64,000 bases of DNA from Candidatus Omnitrophota bacterium (GTDB lineage Bacteria; Omnitrophota; Gorgyraeia; Duberdicusellales; Duberdicusellaceae): assembly GCA_016932855.1 (NCBI GenBank), contig JAFGCB010000016.1, positions 554 to 64,553 of the forward strand. The letters run 5' to 3'. Shown here one piece after another: positions 1 to 9,040 of the stretch. Position 1 is the stretch's first letter, and every line of letters starts with the position of its first letter. Under the pieces are notes generated by a model. That model did not search any database. It was not told the DNA's origin and saw only the letters and a list, made by a program, of their open reading frames with translations. The position numbers and the translations under genes are program-made.

Positions 1-1706
1 GGCTCGATAACAAATACCGCTCTGGGGCCTACGCCCTGCTGCCTGTGCCAGATATCGAAACTCTCGGCATTTGTCTGGTTGTCGAAATCCAGATAAAACC
101 TTAAGTATCTTCCGGATGCTCCAGGTATAGTCTCGCGCAGGGATATCCCGTCAACAAGCCAGCGAAGTTCACCCAAGGCTGCTCCGGAAGGCCCGAAGGA
201 TATATACTCGGAATTTGAAGACATGCGCAGATTACCGGAAATAAGAGCGCTTGCGTCAACTTCCAAACCGACAGAAGGCGCGGTTGTGCCTATGCCTACT
301 CTGTTACTTGCTGAATCAACGAAAAAAGTATCCGTATCTACGGTCATATCCCCGCCGGTTAAAGCCATATCGCCGCCGCTTATATTCAACCCGTTAGGTA
401 TAGATAAATTAGAAGCATTAAAGGTAAGGGTATCTCCGGAGGCAGCGCCTAAAATAGTGTCTCCGCCAACTCCCAGGTTTCCGCTTATATCCAAATCAGT
501 AAACCCGAAAGTGCCGACGCTTAAATTGCCCGCAATATTTACATTACCGCCAAAATCAGCATTACCGTCAACCTCAAAATCATCGGCAAGATAGGCGTCT
601 CCCGGACCTGCGACTATATCAGGCGTACCCGCGCCTACCATTAAAAGATTATCAAGATAGCTTATGCCGTCTACCTCGAAAGTGCCTTCAACAAACATAG
701 ACTCCCCGCCTAAGGCCTGAGTGGGCAGGGCATCCCCTACGGTTAAATCTCCGGAAAGAACTGCCACGTCATTATTTACATTAAGAATTTCAGTAGCGCC
801 CTTGGATAAGGACAAAACATCGCCGCCTCCGAGCTGGGTTACTTTAAGCCCTACGCCCTGGGTGTTTGCGCCTGCTGTAACCTCTAAGGCATCATTGGCA
901 GTAGAAGAAGAAGGGGTAAAATTAATAGATGTTCCGTCATGGGCAGTGCCGGTATAGTTAACTTCTAAGTATCCGTCAATAACGTAATTACCGGTTATGC
1001 CCAAGCCGCCGTTAACATGCAGCACCCCGTCCATATAGGCATCGCCGTCAACCTCGAGCGTACCGCTTATAAAGGCATCGCCGCCGTCTAAGGCTTGAGT
1101 CGGAGTTGCTCCTCCGAGCTTGAAGTTACCGCTGGCGATATTAACCATACGGGTCGCTCCACCGGCATTAACCACCAGGTCTTCGCCGGCGGCTGCGGCC
1201 ATATCAACCGCGGTGCCAGAAAAGGTAAGACTACCTTCCATAGTATCATCGGCATCCGAACGCAAGAACTGCGAACTCTTAAATCCTTCCAGGCGGTAAG
1301 AATTCAAGGCGTAAGCTGCCGAGGGAAGCTTTAGCCTCGGGCTCATCTCTCCGTCGCCGTCTACCTCTATGGAAATCCAATAGGTAGTATTGAAATCCAA
1401 GGCTGTAGGAAAAGCACTTGTATCTCCCAAGTAGGCGCTGAACAGACCGCTTGAACCTACGCTAAGAGGCTGAGTCTCGCTCCAAAGAGCCGAGCCTCCC
1501 TGCTGCTGGCTATAGAGCCTGAAAGTAAAGGTGTGAGCGCCGCTAAGAATCTCCTCCTCCTGGTTAGTCAGCCTTCCGTGACAGGTAATAACCCTGGGCG
1601 GAGACGAAAAAGCGTCGGTTTGCAAAAATATAAACTCAAAGAAGACCAGCACAATGAAGAAAGTGAAGAAAAAACGGACATTTTTAAAACTAGACCTTAA
1701 TAACAT
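1..1706 (-). CDS. Partial (runs off the window at position 1) large secreted repeat protein. It has an N-terminal signal peptide followed by Gly/Asp/Thr-rich repeats (GG..L.V.G motifs), suggesting a beta-helix or adhesin-like surface protein.
   Basis: Reverse-strand reading from the ATG at 1704-1706 gives MLLRSSFKNVRFFFTFFIVLVFFEFIFLQTDAFSS..., a hydrophobic signal peptide. AGGAGG sits 7 nt upstream. The frame stays open to position 1 with recurring G/D/T-rich units. No long plus-strand ORF competes. It is absent from the ORF track because it is incomplete. Confidence 0.5.
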   Translation of the reverse strand, partial: MLLRSSFKNVRFFFTFFIVLVFFEFIFLQTDAFSSPPRVITCHGRLTNQEEEILSGAHTFTFRLYSQQQGGSALWSETQPLSVGSSGLFSAYLGDTSAFPTALDFNTTYWISIEVDGDGEMSPRLKLPSAAYALNSYRLEGFKSSQFLRSDADDTMEGSLTFSGTAVDMAAAAGEDLVVNAGGATRMVNIASGNFKLGGATPTQALDGGDAFISGTLEVDGDAYMDGVLHVNGGLGITGNYVIDGYLEVNYTGTAHDGTSINFTPSSSTANDALEVTAGANTQGVGLKVTQLGGGDVLSLSKGATEILNVNNDVAVLSGDLTVGDALPTQALGGESMFVEGTFEVDGISYLDNLLMVGAGTPDIVAGPGDAYLADDFEVDGNADFGGNVNIAGNLSVGTFGFTDLDISGNLGVGGDTILGAASGDTLTFNASNLSIPNGLNISGGDMALTGGDMTVDTDTFFVDSASNRVGIGTTAPSVGLEVDASALISGNLRMSSNSEYISFGPSGAALGELRWLVDGISLRETIPGASGRYLRFYLDFDNQTNAESFDIWHRQQGVGPRAVFVIE

Positions 1707-1983
1707 CGCAAACCTCCTTTAATTACAAAAATACCCCCACCACCGGAAAACCGAATGATGGGGGTTCAAACGGGCCCCTGGACAAAGGCCCTGGACTGTA
1801 CATAAAATGACAAAGAGCCCTTTGCTTTTGCTTAGGGCTCAGTTTAAATGCGCAGCCAAATCTTTTTTGCGGTTCTTGCCTAGTAGTAGCAGTTGCCTGC
1901 TCAGTCCAGGTCCCGTTTAACATTTTTTTATCCCTAATTACACCCTGCACTTATAGTTTAACTAATTTATACTATATAATTCA

Positions 1984-2016
1984 AGCCCAAAAAACCTTTA
2001 TTTTTAGGGCTTTTTT
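1984..2016 (+). terminator. Intrinsic-terminator-like hairpin (AAGCCC...GGGCTT followed by TTTTTT) on the plus strand.
   Basis: Stem AGCCC/GGGCT with a T6 tail is read directly at 1984-2016. No plus-strand protein gene lies upstream. Confidence 0.3.
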
Positions 2017-2268
2017 AGCTGTGCCAAGGCGAAAAATCGACTTTTAGAAAGGAAAGCGTTTTCGGCATGAAAACAAAGGCAGAAATCAATCTTAATAATA
2101 TATATTCAAAGAACTAAAAAATAGATTAGGGATATTATTTAAACCATAAAATAGGTTTAAATGTATTAAATATAAATTAACCTACGCTTTTCTCCTCTCC
2201 AGTTTATATTTTAGAAAGGCTGTGTTATTACCGAAATACTCCCGGCTTCAAGACAAAAAACCAAAGAC

Positions 2269-5200
2269 TTATTTTCTTAAAACCATCTCTTCCCCTGAAG
2301 GTAAAAGTATTCTGGCAGTAACGAATATCAAGAGATTTCTTCTTTCAATACTATCGTATTCTTTACGGAATAAATTACCCAAAAGAGGTATGTCGCCTAA
2401 TAAAGGAACTTTGGATTTATTGTGAGTCCTTACCTCCTTTATCAACCCCCCTAAGACAACAGTGTCACCGCTTTCCACAGCTACCGTGGTAGCTAAGTTT
2501 CGCGAGCTGAAGCGGGGAAGGCTTACGTCTCCGGTGTACTGGAAATAATCCGCGGTGGCCTCGGATACTTCGGGAATAAGCGACAGGCTTATAGTCTCGG
2601 AATCAATACCCATAGAAGGCACAACTTTTAAGATAATACCCACGTCCCGCCTTACAAAGTCTGTAGGGACATTTTGAAATTCAGTCTCACCGGCATCATC
2701 GTAATCACCGTCGCCGTTTAAATCATACTGGACTATCTGGAATTCATAACGGGTAGGATAAATCCACTCATCAACAACTTTTATTGCCGCAAGCTGGTTG
2801 TTAAGCGTGGTTATCCTCGGAGCAGAGAGAGTCTTGGTTTTATTGGACTTCTCCAAAGCATGAAGAATCGCCTGAAACTGAGGGTCAGTCAAAACCCCTT
2901 TGTAGGTCAAGTTAAAGCCTTCGGCGGCATTGGTAAAGGCCGTAAAATCCACACCGCTGTCCTCGTCAACTCCATGCTTAAAAGCTCCGTTTTCCTGTTC
3001 TATCGCAGCATCAGAATTAGTCTTCCATTCAATGCCCAACTCTTTTAAATCAGTAACATCAACCTCCAGGAAACGGGCCTCAATTAAGATCTGGTAAGGA
3101 CATACATCCAGGTTATAAAGAATGTCTTCTACTACCTGAAGGTTCTTGGGAGTATTACTTATTATTAAAGAATTAGTTCTTTTATCCAGAACTATCTTGG
3201 CCTCAGCAGGCCACTCCACCGCCTCCTTTAAGGTATCTTCTAAAGTCTCTATCTTGGAAATCGAGGCAAAAGAAGAAAGGATTCCGGCCTGGGATGTCTC
3301 AGAGGTGGCAAATTCGGTAAAAAGCCCGGCACCCTTGGTAAGCTTATAAACCCTGGTCTCAATAGCCTCGGACTCAATCTCTTCGGGCAAAGCTATCCAG
3401 ACAAGATCCTCATCGACCCTAAAAGACAAACCAGCGCTTTTCAGCATATATTTTAACGCCTCGTAAGCCGGGGTGCTGTCAAACTTAGCAGTTACTTTCG
3501 GCTTCTTCTCCAGGACATTTCCCGAAAGAATAATATTAGCCCCTGTTTCCTGAGCGATAAACTCAGCCACATACTTAAGGCTTACATTATCAAAATCCAA
3601 AGTCACTCTTTTCTCTAATTTCTTTCTGATCTCGGGAATCACTACAACCGCAACAGGCTGTATCTCAACTTCTGTCTTGGCCGGCTCAATATAAGGAGGC
3701 TGTGAATACTCCGCTGCCTTGCGGAGCATCTGCCTGTCAGATTCCTCTTCCTCTCTTAAGGCGTCTTTCATTTCCTCTTTGTGCTTCTTTTTTTGAGCCT
3801 CATCTATTATCTTCTTGGCGGAAGGCGTGTAGTATATCCGGGGATTTCCTTCAAGCTTAATAACTTCCTGGAAATAACTTACAGCCTCATCATAAAGACC
3901 CTGCTTGTAGAGTTTAAGACCCTTGTAATAAAGGTTGCGTATTTTTATTATTTTCTCGATATCGTGCTCTTCTTTGACGTCAGTCTCCCAAAAAGCAGAG
4001 CTCTCTTCATCCCCCATGCCCTGAGAAGCCTGGCTATAAAATTCCTCATCCTGGGGCTCGTAACTTACGCTCTCCACAGGGTTTCTCCTGGGAGGCTTAG
4101 AGCTGATTTTTAAACCCACGTAATTAATCAGGGAATCAACCTCTTTATCGTCGGGAAAATCACCTTTAAGGCCTATGAGAATCTGCTCCGCCTGTTCATA
4201 TTCCTCCAGGACAATCAAATTCCGGGCCTGGGCAATAACCCTATTTTTGTTTTTTTCCGCAGCGCTACTTGTAACCAAAGTCTTTTTAGCGGCTGGTTGA
4301 GAGGCCTGCTTAAGAGAGGCTGCCTCTTTTACCTCTACAGCAGATGCGGGTCTATCAACCCTTGCCGGCTCGTTTCTACTTGCTGTTTCCTTAAGCCTCG
4401 TTTCTTTAAGTTCAGCCTGCCTGTTTTTCTCATCCATTAAGGCAAGTCTTCTTTCCTCTTTATCAATATAGGCATTAATCTTTAAGTTCATTGACCGGGC
4501 ATAATCTGAAACGGATTTCTCTCTAGAATACTTACCCTGCAACAGCTCAAGCTCTTCCAGGGCTGAATCATACTGCCTTTCTCTAATAAATTCGGATACT
4601 TTTTCCTTAGTCGAGGCAAAATCAGAAGAAAGCTTCTTTTGATAACGCCTCTTCTCAAGATAAGCTTTATCTCTTTCGTCCTTGGCAATATAAGATCTTA
4701 TCTTCGGCTGCATTGCTCTGGCGTAACTCAATACAGACCCTTGCCCGGGATACATCTCTTCCAATAAAGCAAGCTCCTTTAAAGCCTGTTTATATTCTCC
4801 TTCTTTTATAAGCCGTGATATTTTTCCCTTGGCAGAGGCTAAATCCGATTTAAGCTTCTGCTGATAATCTTTCCTCTCAAGATAAGCCCGGCGCTCTTCT
4901 TCTTTTTCAATATAGGAATTAACCTTTAAGCCCATTTTGCGGGTATAATTTGAAACCGACTTTTCTTGAGGATAAACACTCGCTAGTTCCTTAAGCTCTT
5001 CTAAGGCCCGGTCATACTCTTTTTCTTTGATAAAGTGAGCTACTCTCTGTTTAGCTGTTGAAAAATCAGCTGAAAGCCTCTGGCGGTAACGCTCCTCCTC
5101 AAAAGAAACGTCTACTTCCTCGTCTTTTTCCAGATATCCGCTTAGCCGCCGGCGCATTGCCGTTGAATAATCAAGAACTGTTTTCTCGCCAGGATAAATT

Positions 5201-6207
5201 CTTTCAAGCAAGGAAAGCTCGTTTAAGGCCGCTGAATACTGTCTTTCTTTTATAAGGCCGGATATATTTTTTTTCGTTGAGGCCAAATCCGAAAGCATTC
5301 TTTCTCTCTGAAGCTTCTGGCGTAAATCAGACTTTCTTGTTTCTTCCTTCTCCTCGGCTTTCTTTAAAACAGTAATAAGCGTCTTTACCGCCTTATCCTG
5401 AGGGTATTTTGAGTTAAGCACTTTAAAAATGGCTCTTGCTTGTTCAAAATCCTTATCAGCCACGGCGACTTTAAAACGCTTGATAAGGTCCTTTTTATCT
5501 GTCTGGGCCTGCTTATAAGTTTGAACCGGGGAATATTCTTCTTTCCTGGGTAAAGTTTCTTCCGGGGCCGCTTTCTTTACCAAGGGCTTCTCTACTTTTT
5601 TAACCTCTCTTATTACAGGCTGTTCCGCAGGTTCTTTCTTTACAGCAGACCTTATTACCTGAGGAGCCTCTATTTCATTTAATAAATCCCTTATTTTGGC
5701 ATCACCGGGATAAACCGCTGAAAGCTCGATAAGCATGGAACGGGCTTTCTTATAGTTGCCGTAAGAGATGTATTTTTCCGCTTTCTTAATAAGAGATATC
5801 TTCTTCTGAAGATCTTGCATCTGCTTTGCCCGGATTTGGGCTTGCTGCTTTTCAAGATAGCGGCTTGCCTTATCCTTAAGCTTACGGATATAAGAGGCTT
5901 CGGGACAATTCTGCAGAAGATTCTCAAACAAAACCAAAGCTTCCCGGTAATTCTTAGAACTATAGTAACTTCTTGCCTTCTTGTAAACCGACAGATCCCT
6001 GGAAGCCTGATTAAAATACTGCAGGGCTACCGCATTTCGAGGCTCGCCTCTTAGGATGGCTTCTGCTTTATTGACTACCCCCTGGAAGTTTCCTCTAAGG
6101 TAATTAATCCTTAGCCAGTCAGACCAGGAGTCATTGCTAGCATAGATGAAAAAAGTAGCTAAAACCGCGATAAAGCCACAAATAATTACTGCTTTTAGAA
6201 ACTTCAT
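2269..6207 (-). CDS. pilQ: Type IV pilus/type II secretion secretin (PilQ/GspD family). It carries a very long N-terminal extension: a TM/signal segment, TPR-like repeats and about five tandem ~64-aa repeats.
   Basis: The C-terminal VPLLGDIPLLGNLF motif and secretin-domain pattern (GDTVVLGGLIKE..., LLIFVTARIL) are present. N-terminal repeats follow the Y..A...L..L...YP pattern. ATG at 6205-6207 overlaps the upstream gene's stop (TGATG). Confidence 0.8.
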   Translation of the reverse strand: MKFLKAVIICGFIAVLATFFIYASNDSWSDWLRINYLRGNFQGVVNKAEAILRGEPRNAVALQYFNQASRDLSVYKKARSYYSSKNYREALVLFENLLQNCPEASYIRKLKDKASRYLEKQQAQIRAKQMQDLQKKISLIKKAEKYISYGNYKKARSMLIELSAVYPGDAKIRDLLNEIEAPQVIRSAVKKEPAEQPVIREVKKVEKPLVKKAAPEETLPRKEEYSPVQTYKQAQTDKKDLIKRFKVAVADKDFEQARAIFKVLNSKYPQDKAVKTLITVLKKAEEKEETRKSDLRQKLQRERMLSDLASTKKNISGLIKERQYSAALNELSLLERIYPGEKTVLDYSTAMRRRLSGYLEKDEEVDVSFEEERYRQRLSADFSTAKQRVAHFIKEKEYDRALEELKELASVYPQEKSVSNYTRKMGLKVNSYIEKEEERRAYLERKDYQQKLKSDLASAKGKISRLIKEGEYKQALKELALLEEMYPGQGSVLSYARAMQPKIRSYIAKDERDKAYLEKRRYQKKLSSDFASTKEKVSEFIRERQYDSALEELELLQGKYSREKSVSDYARSMNLKINAYIDKEERRLALMDEKNRQAELKETRLKETASRNEPARVDRPASAVEVKEAASLKQASQPAAKKTLVTSSAAEKNKNRVIAQARNLIVLEEYEQAEQILIGLKGDFPDDKEVDSLINYVGLKISSKPPRRNPVESVSYEPQDEEFYSQASQGMGDEESSAFWETDVKEEHDIEKIIKIRNLYYKGLKLYKQGLYDEAVSYFQEVIKLEGNPRIYYTPSAKKIIDEAQKKKHKEEMKDALREEEESDRQMLRKAAEYSQPPYIEPAKTEVEIQPVAVVVIPEIRKKLEKRVTLDFDNVSLKYVAEFIAQETGANIILSGNVLEKKPKVTAKFDSTPAYEALKYMLKSAGLSFRVDEDLVWIALPEEIESEAIETRVYKLTKGAGLFTEFATSETSQAGILSSFASISKIETLEDTLKEAVEWPAEAKIVLDKRTNSLIISNTPKNLQVVEDILYNLDVCPYQILIEARFLEVDVTDLKELGIEWKTNSDAAIEQENGAFKHGVDEDSGVDFTAFTNAAEGFNLTYKGVLTDPQFQAILHALEKSNKTKTLSAPRITTLNNQLAAIKVVDEWIYPTRYEFQIVQYDLNGDGDYDDAGETEFQNVPTDFVRRDVGIILKVVPSMGIDSETISLSLIPEVSEATADYFQYTGDVSLPRFSSRNLATTVAVESGDTVVLGGLIKEVRTHNKSKVPLLGDIPLLGNLFRKEYDSIERRNLLIFVTARILLPSGEEMVLRK

Positions 6208-7244
6208 CAGTCAACCTCCCGCTTTAATATCAATTCTTTTTGATTTTTTATATTTTTTAATATTAAACGATTCTCCTGAAACCCCTTTACTTCAAAATCT
6301 TCGATTTTTTCTCCTAAGCTTAAAAAGAAGACTTTATTTTTAACTGTATCTTCTACGGCAGCTACAGCTTCTCCTTTTAAACTGCCCATTCCTCTATAAA
6401 AGAAACGCTGGGTGGCTATCTTGGGGGCATCCTGCGGAGTCTTAGCAGAAATAACTTGATGGGTTTGCATCTTTTTAAATATCTTGTTCTGCAAGAATTT
6501 CTCCTTCAAATCACCGCTTACAATCACGTAATTCCTGTAATCTTTAGGCATAGCAGCATCGCTTATCGAACTTAGAACCCTACTGTCAACCATCAGCTTT
6601 GTAACTTTCATATTATAAGTAAAGCTCTCCTGCCGGCTTAATTCCATCTTCTCTATGCTCAGCAACGGTAAAAACTCGGTAAGTAACAATACGTACTGGG
6701 CAACATTTAAAGCCTCGGCCCTGAACCTAAGTTCTATGGCCAAAGACTTATTATCCTGCTGGGTCGGAGTGGGAATCTCCACAAAGGTAAAGTCTAGCCC
6801 TGCCTTCAAGCCTAAATCAACCGCTTTCTCTAATACCTCCATATTTCTTATAAAGTAAGGAGCGTCCTCCTTGGAAGGCAGAACTTTAGGAACCTCGATC
6901 TGAGGAGGCAATAATCCTTTTATCTCTGTTTTTAGCAATAGTTTCTTCTCTATGCCATCCAGCTTCCGGGCAAATACTATAGCCCCGTCGAATACGGTTT
7001 TATCTTCGCTTGAAATTGTATCGAACATATCCACTAAACCCATAAGCTTGCCTTCAAGCTTACGGGTGTCAACTTTCAGCCTCTCAAGCAAATCCTGAGT
7101 TACCGGTTTTTCCGTTTCGGACTCATAAGAATCTATTTTCTTCTTTAACGACACATTTATATTGCTCAAGATAATCACGCCGACTAAAGCTATCGCATTT
7201 AAAACAAGTATAGTGCTAATTAAGCTGTTGGATCTATCTTTCAT
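6207..7244 (-). CDS. Pilus assembly protein. It resembles a PilO-like region (N-terminal TM, coiled coil) followed by a PilP-like C-terminal beta domain.
   Basis: N-terminal TM helix (LISTILVLNAIALVGVIILS). Operon position is between pilMN and pilQ. ATGA overlap with the upstream gene. Confidence 0.45.
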   Translation of the reverse strand: MKDRSNSLISTILVLNAIALVGVIILSNINVSLKKKIDSYESETEKPVTQDLLERLKVDTRKLEGKLMGLVDMFDTISSEDKTVFDGAIVFARKLDGIEKKLLLKTEIKGLLPPQIEVPKVLPSKEDAPYFIRNMEVLEKAVDLGLKAGLDFTFVEIPTPTQQDNKSLAIELRFRAEALNVAQYVLLLTEFLPLLSIEKMELSRQESFTYNMKVTKLMVDSRVLSSISDAAMPKDYRNYVIVSGDLKEKFLQNKIFKKMQTHQVISAKTPQDAPKIATQRFFYRGMGSLKGEAVAAVEDTVKNKVFFLSLGEKIEDFEVKGFQENRLILKNIKNQKELILKREVD

Positions 7245-8611
7245 TTTTTAATAAGTTTAATTTTGAAATATATGGCTTCTTTGATTTCTCTTGTTGATTC
7301 GGAACGGGAAGAAACCGGCACAATTTGCGTAAAATACCCGCTTTCTCTTAAATCTCTAAGGAACTGTGATATATCATCGTATGAAGGGCTTTTTATATCC
7401 AGGTTTATCTGCCAATCTTCCTCTTTTACGAAATCAAATCTCTCAACCTCTATGTCGCCGAGCTCTCTGTCGATTAAACTTACGGCTTCCACCAGAAATC
7501 GATGATTTACGACTTCTTTCTCGAGGGGTTCAATCTGCTTAAGCAAACTCTCTTTCTTAAGATTAAGCTCCCTGTAAACCGGGATTAACTCGTTGGTGAT
7601 TTTCTCCTGAGAATCCACGGCTGTCCTGTTTATAATTATGCTGTTTAAAAGAAAAGCCGCTGCCCCGACAAGAAAAACTAAGCTAAGCGTGCTTACCAAA
7701 AGAGCTACCTTTAAAAACTTCTGCTTGTAGGCGTTCCAGAGATTCTTGTATCTGTCCTGCTCAATAAAATCGATGTTTAACAGGCCCTTCTCCAAGACCC
7801 CCAAAGAAGCGCCCAGAAGAACCGGCAACTGTTCTTTAAATTCTTCTAAATTTTTATCTTTCGCCTTAAATTTAATTCTTCTCTGGTTTATCTCAAAGAT
7901 ACTTAACTTAATCTTCAATTCCTCGGAAATCTTGCTAACAAGAGGCTCTTCTATCTTTCCGCATATAAATATCTCGCTAAAACTTTCCTTTGGCACTGCT
8001 TCCTGAAACTGAAGATATTCGGTAATCCTCCGAAGCTCTTTGGTAATGGTCGCTAAAACTGAACCTTCCGAAGAAGATTCAAAAGGCATTTCATATAAAA
8101 AGAATTTTGTCTTATGGAACACTAAAATATCTAAAAGTTCCCCGGTAAGATACAAAAAAGCAAAGCTTTCTTTTTCTTTAGGGTAATTAAAAACGAAATA
8201 ATTATAAAGACTGGAAGCCTTGCAAGTCAAAGAAACAGGAGTAACATTTAAGGAATCCAGATAGAAAAGAGTCTTCTCCACGTCTTTACTTTTAACTACG
8301 AAAAGAGTAAGCCTGCTGCCGAATACCTTATAATTCCATTTGGAATCCTTTAGAGAAAAAGGAGGTCTATGGAGGATAGAATCTTCTATTGTCCGTTTGT
8401 TCTTAAGCTGGTCCTTTCTTAAGGAAACGCTCTTTATAAACACGGGATAATCCAAGGTCACTACAGCCGGCGAGGATTTCTTTCTATGAAGGGAAATAAA
8501 TTCCTGGTTGCTCTCGATAAAACCGGATACAAGAAACTGATTGGCTTTCTTTACTACCTCTAAGCCTTTAACTTCCGCGTTCTTAACTATTAAACTAACT
8601 AATCTCTTCAC
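7241..8611 (-). CDS. pilM: PilM-PilN fusion protein: actin-like ATPase-fold PilM N-terminus, then a TM segment and PilN-like C-terminus.
   Basis: GTG start at 8609-8611 with AGGAG upstream. Internal TM (VALLVSTLSLVFLVGAAAFLL) follows a PilM-like N-terminus. It is in operon context with the secretin. Confidence 0.55.
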   Translation of the reverse strand: MKRLVSLIVKNAEVKGLEVVKKANQFLVSGFIESNQEFISLHRKKSSPAVVTLDYPVFIKSVSLRKDQLKNKRTIEDSILHRPPFSLKDSKWNYKVFGSRLTLFVVKSKDVEKTLFYLDSLNVTPVSLTCKASSLYNYFVFNYPKEKESFAFLYLTGELLDILVFHKTKFFLYEMPFESSSEGSVLATITKELRRITEYLQFQEAVPKESFSEIFICGKIEEPLVSKISEELKIKLSIFEINQRRIKFKAKDKNLEEFKEQLPVLLGASLGVLEKGLLNIDFIEQDRYKNLWNAYKQKFLKVALLVSTLSLVFLVGAAAFLLNSIIINRTAVDSQEKITNELIPVYRELNLKKESLLKQIEPLEKEVVNHRFLVEAVSLIDRELGDIEVERFDFVKEEDWQINLDIKSPSYDDISQFLRDLRESGYFTQIVPVSSRSESTREIKEAIYFKIKLIKK

Positions 8612-8629
8612 AAGCTTTACTCCTTAAGA

Positions 8630-8812
8630 TTAGCTTCTTCCCAATATTTTCTTAAGCCGGCCGATATCGTCAACAGCGTACTCCCTTCTGTTATTTATGG
8701 GATTACGCTTGGCCTTGGGAAAGATTTTTTTCTTCTCGTAGCGATAGAGAGTTTGCTTGGAAATACCAAGTATTTGAGCTACCTCCTGGGAATTATAAAA
8801 AGTCCTCTTCAT
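8630..8812 (-). CDS. Small HTH DNA-binding protein (excisionase/MerR-like HTH_17 type).
   Basis: TFYNSQEVAQILGISKQTLYRYEKKKIFP helix-turn-helix. ATG at 8810-8812 is preceded by GGAGG. The track's longer TTG start at 8857 is less likely. Confidence 0.5.
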   Translation of the reverse strand: MKRTFYNSQEVAQILGISKQTLYRYEKKKIFPKAKRNPINNRREYAVDDIGRLKKILGRS

Positions 8813-9040
8813 AGCCTCCGCCCTCCTTCTCAAAAAACTTTCAAACATACTATACAATGTTATACAAACATACTTAAACTTAACCCAATATCATCATAAT
8901 ATATCAAAGGCTATCTGTCAATGTCTTTATTACTCAAATACCTTATAGATTAAAATAAAAAATATAAATTTGTTAAAGATTTCAATAATAATTAACGGAT
9001 ATATAAGATTTGTGCTCGGTGCTGCAAAAACAGCTTTGGG

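Noticed and set aside
223-1334. Plus-strand ORFs (223-594, 721-957, 1095-1334) in the first 1.7 kb
   Set aside because: They lie antisense to a long, uninterrupted minus-strand reading frame with a signal peptide and RBS. Their translations are low-complexity (A/P/S/T-rich), typical of reverse-frame artefacts.
1860-1930. Possible SRP (4.5S) RNA domain IV motif around gcctgctcagtccaggtcccg
   Set aside because: Comparison with the conserved CAGGUCCGGAAGGAAGCAGC helix-8 signature shows only scattered matches. I cannot support an SRP RNA call.
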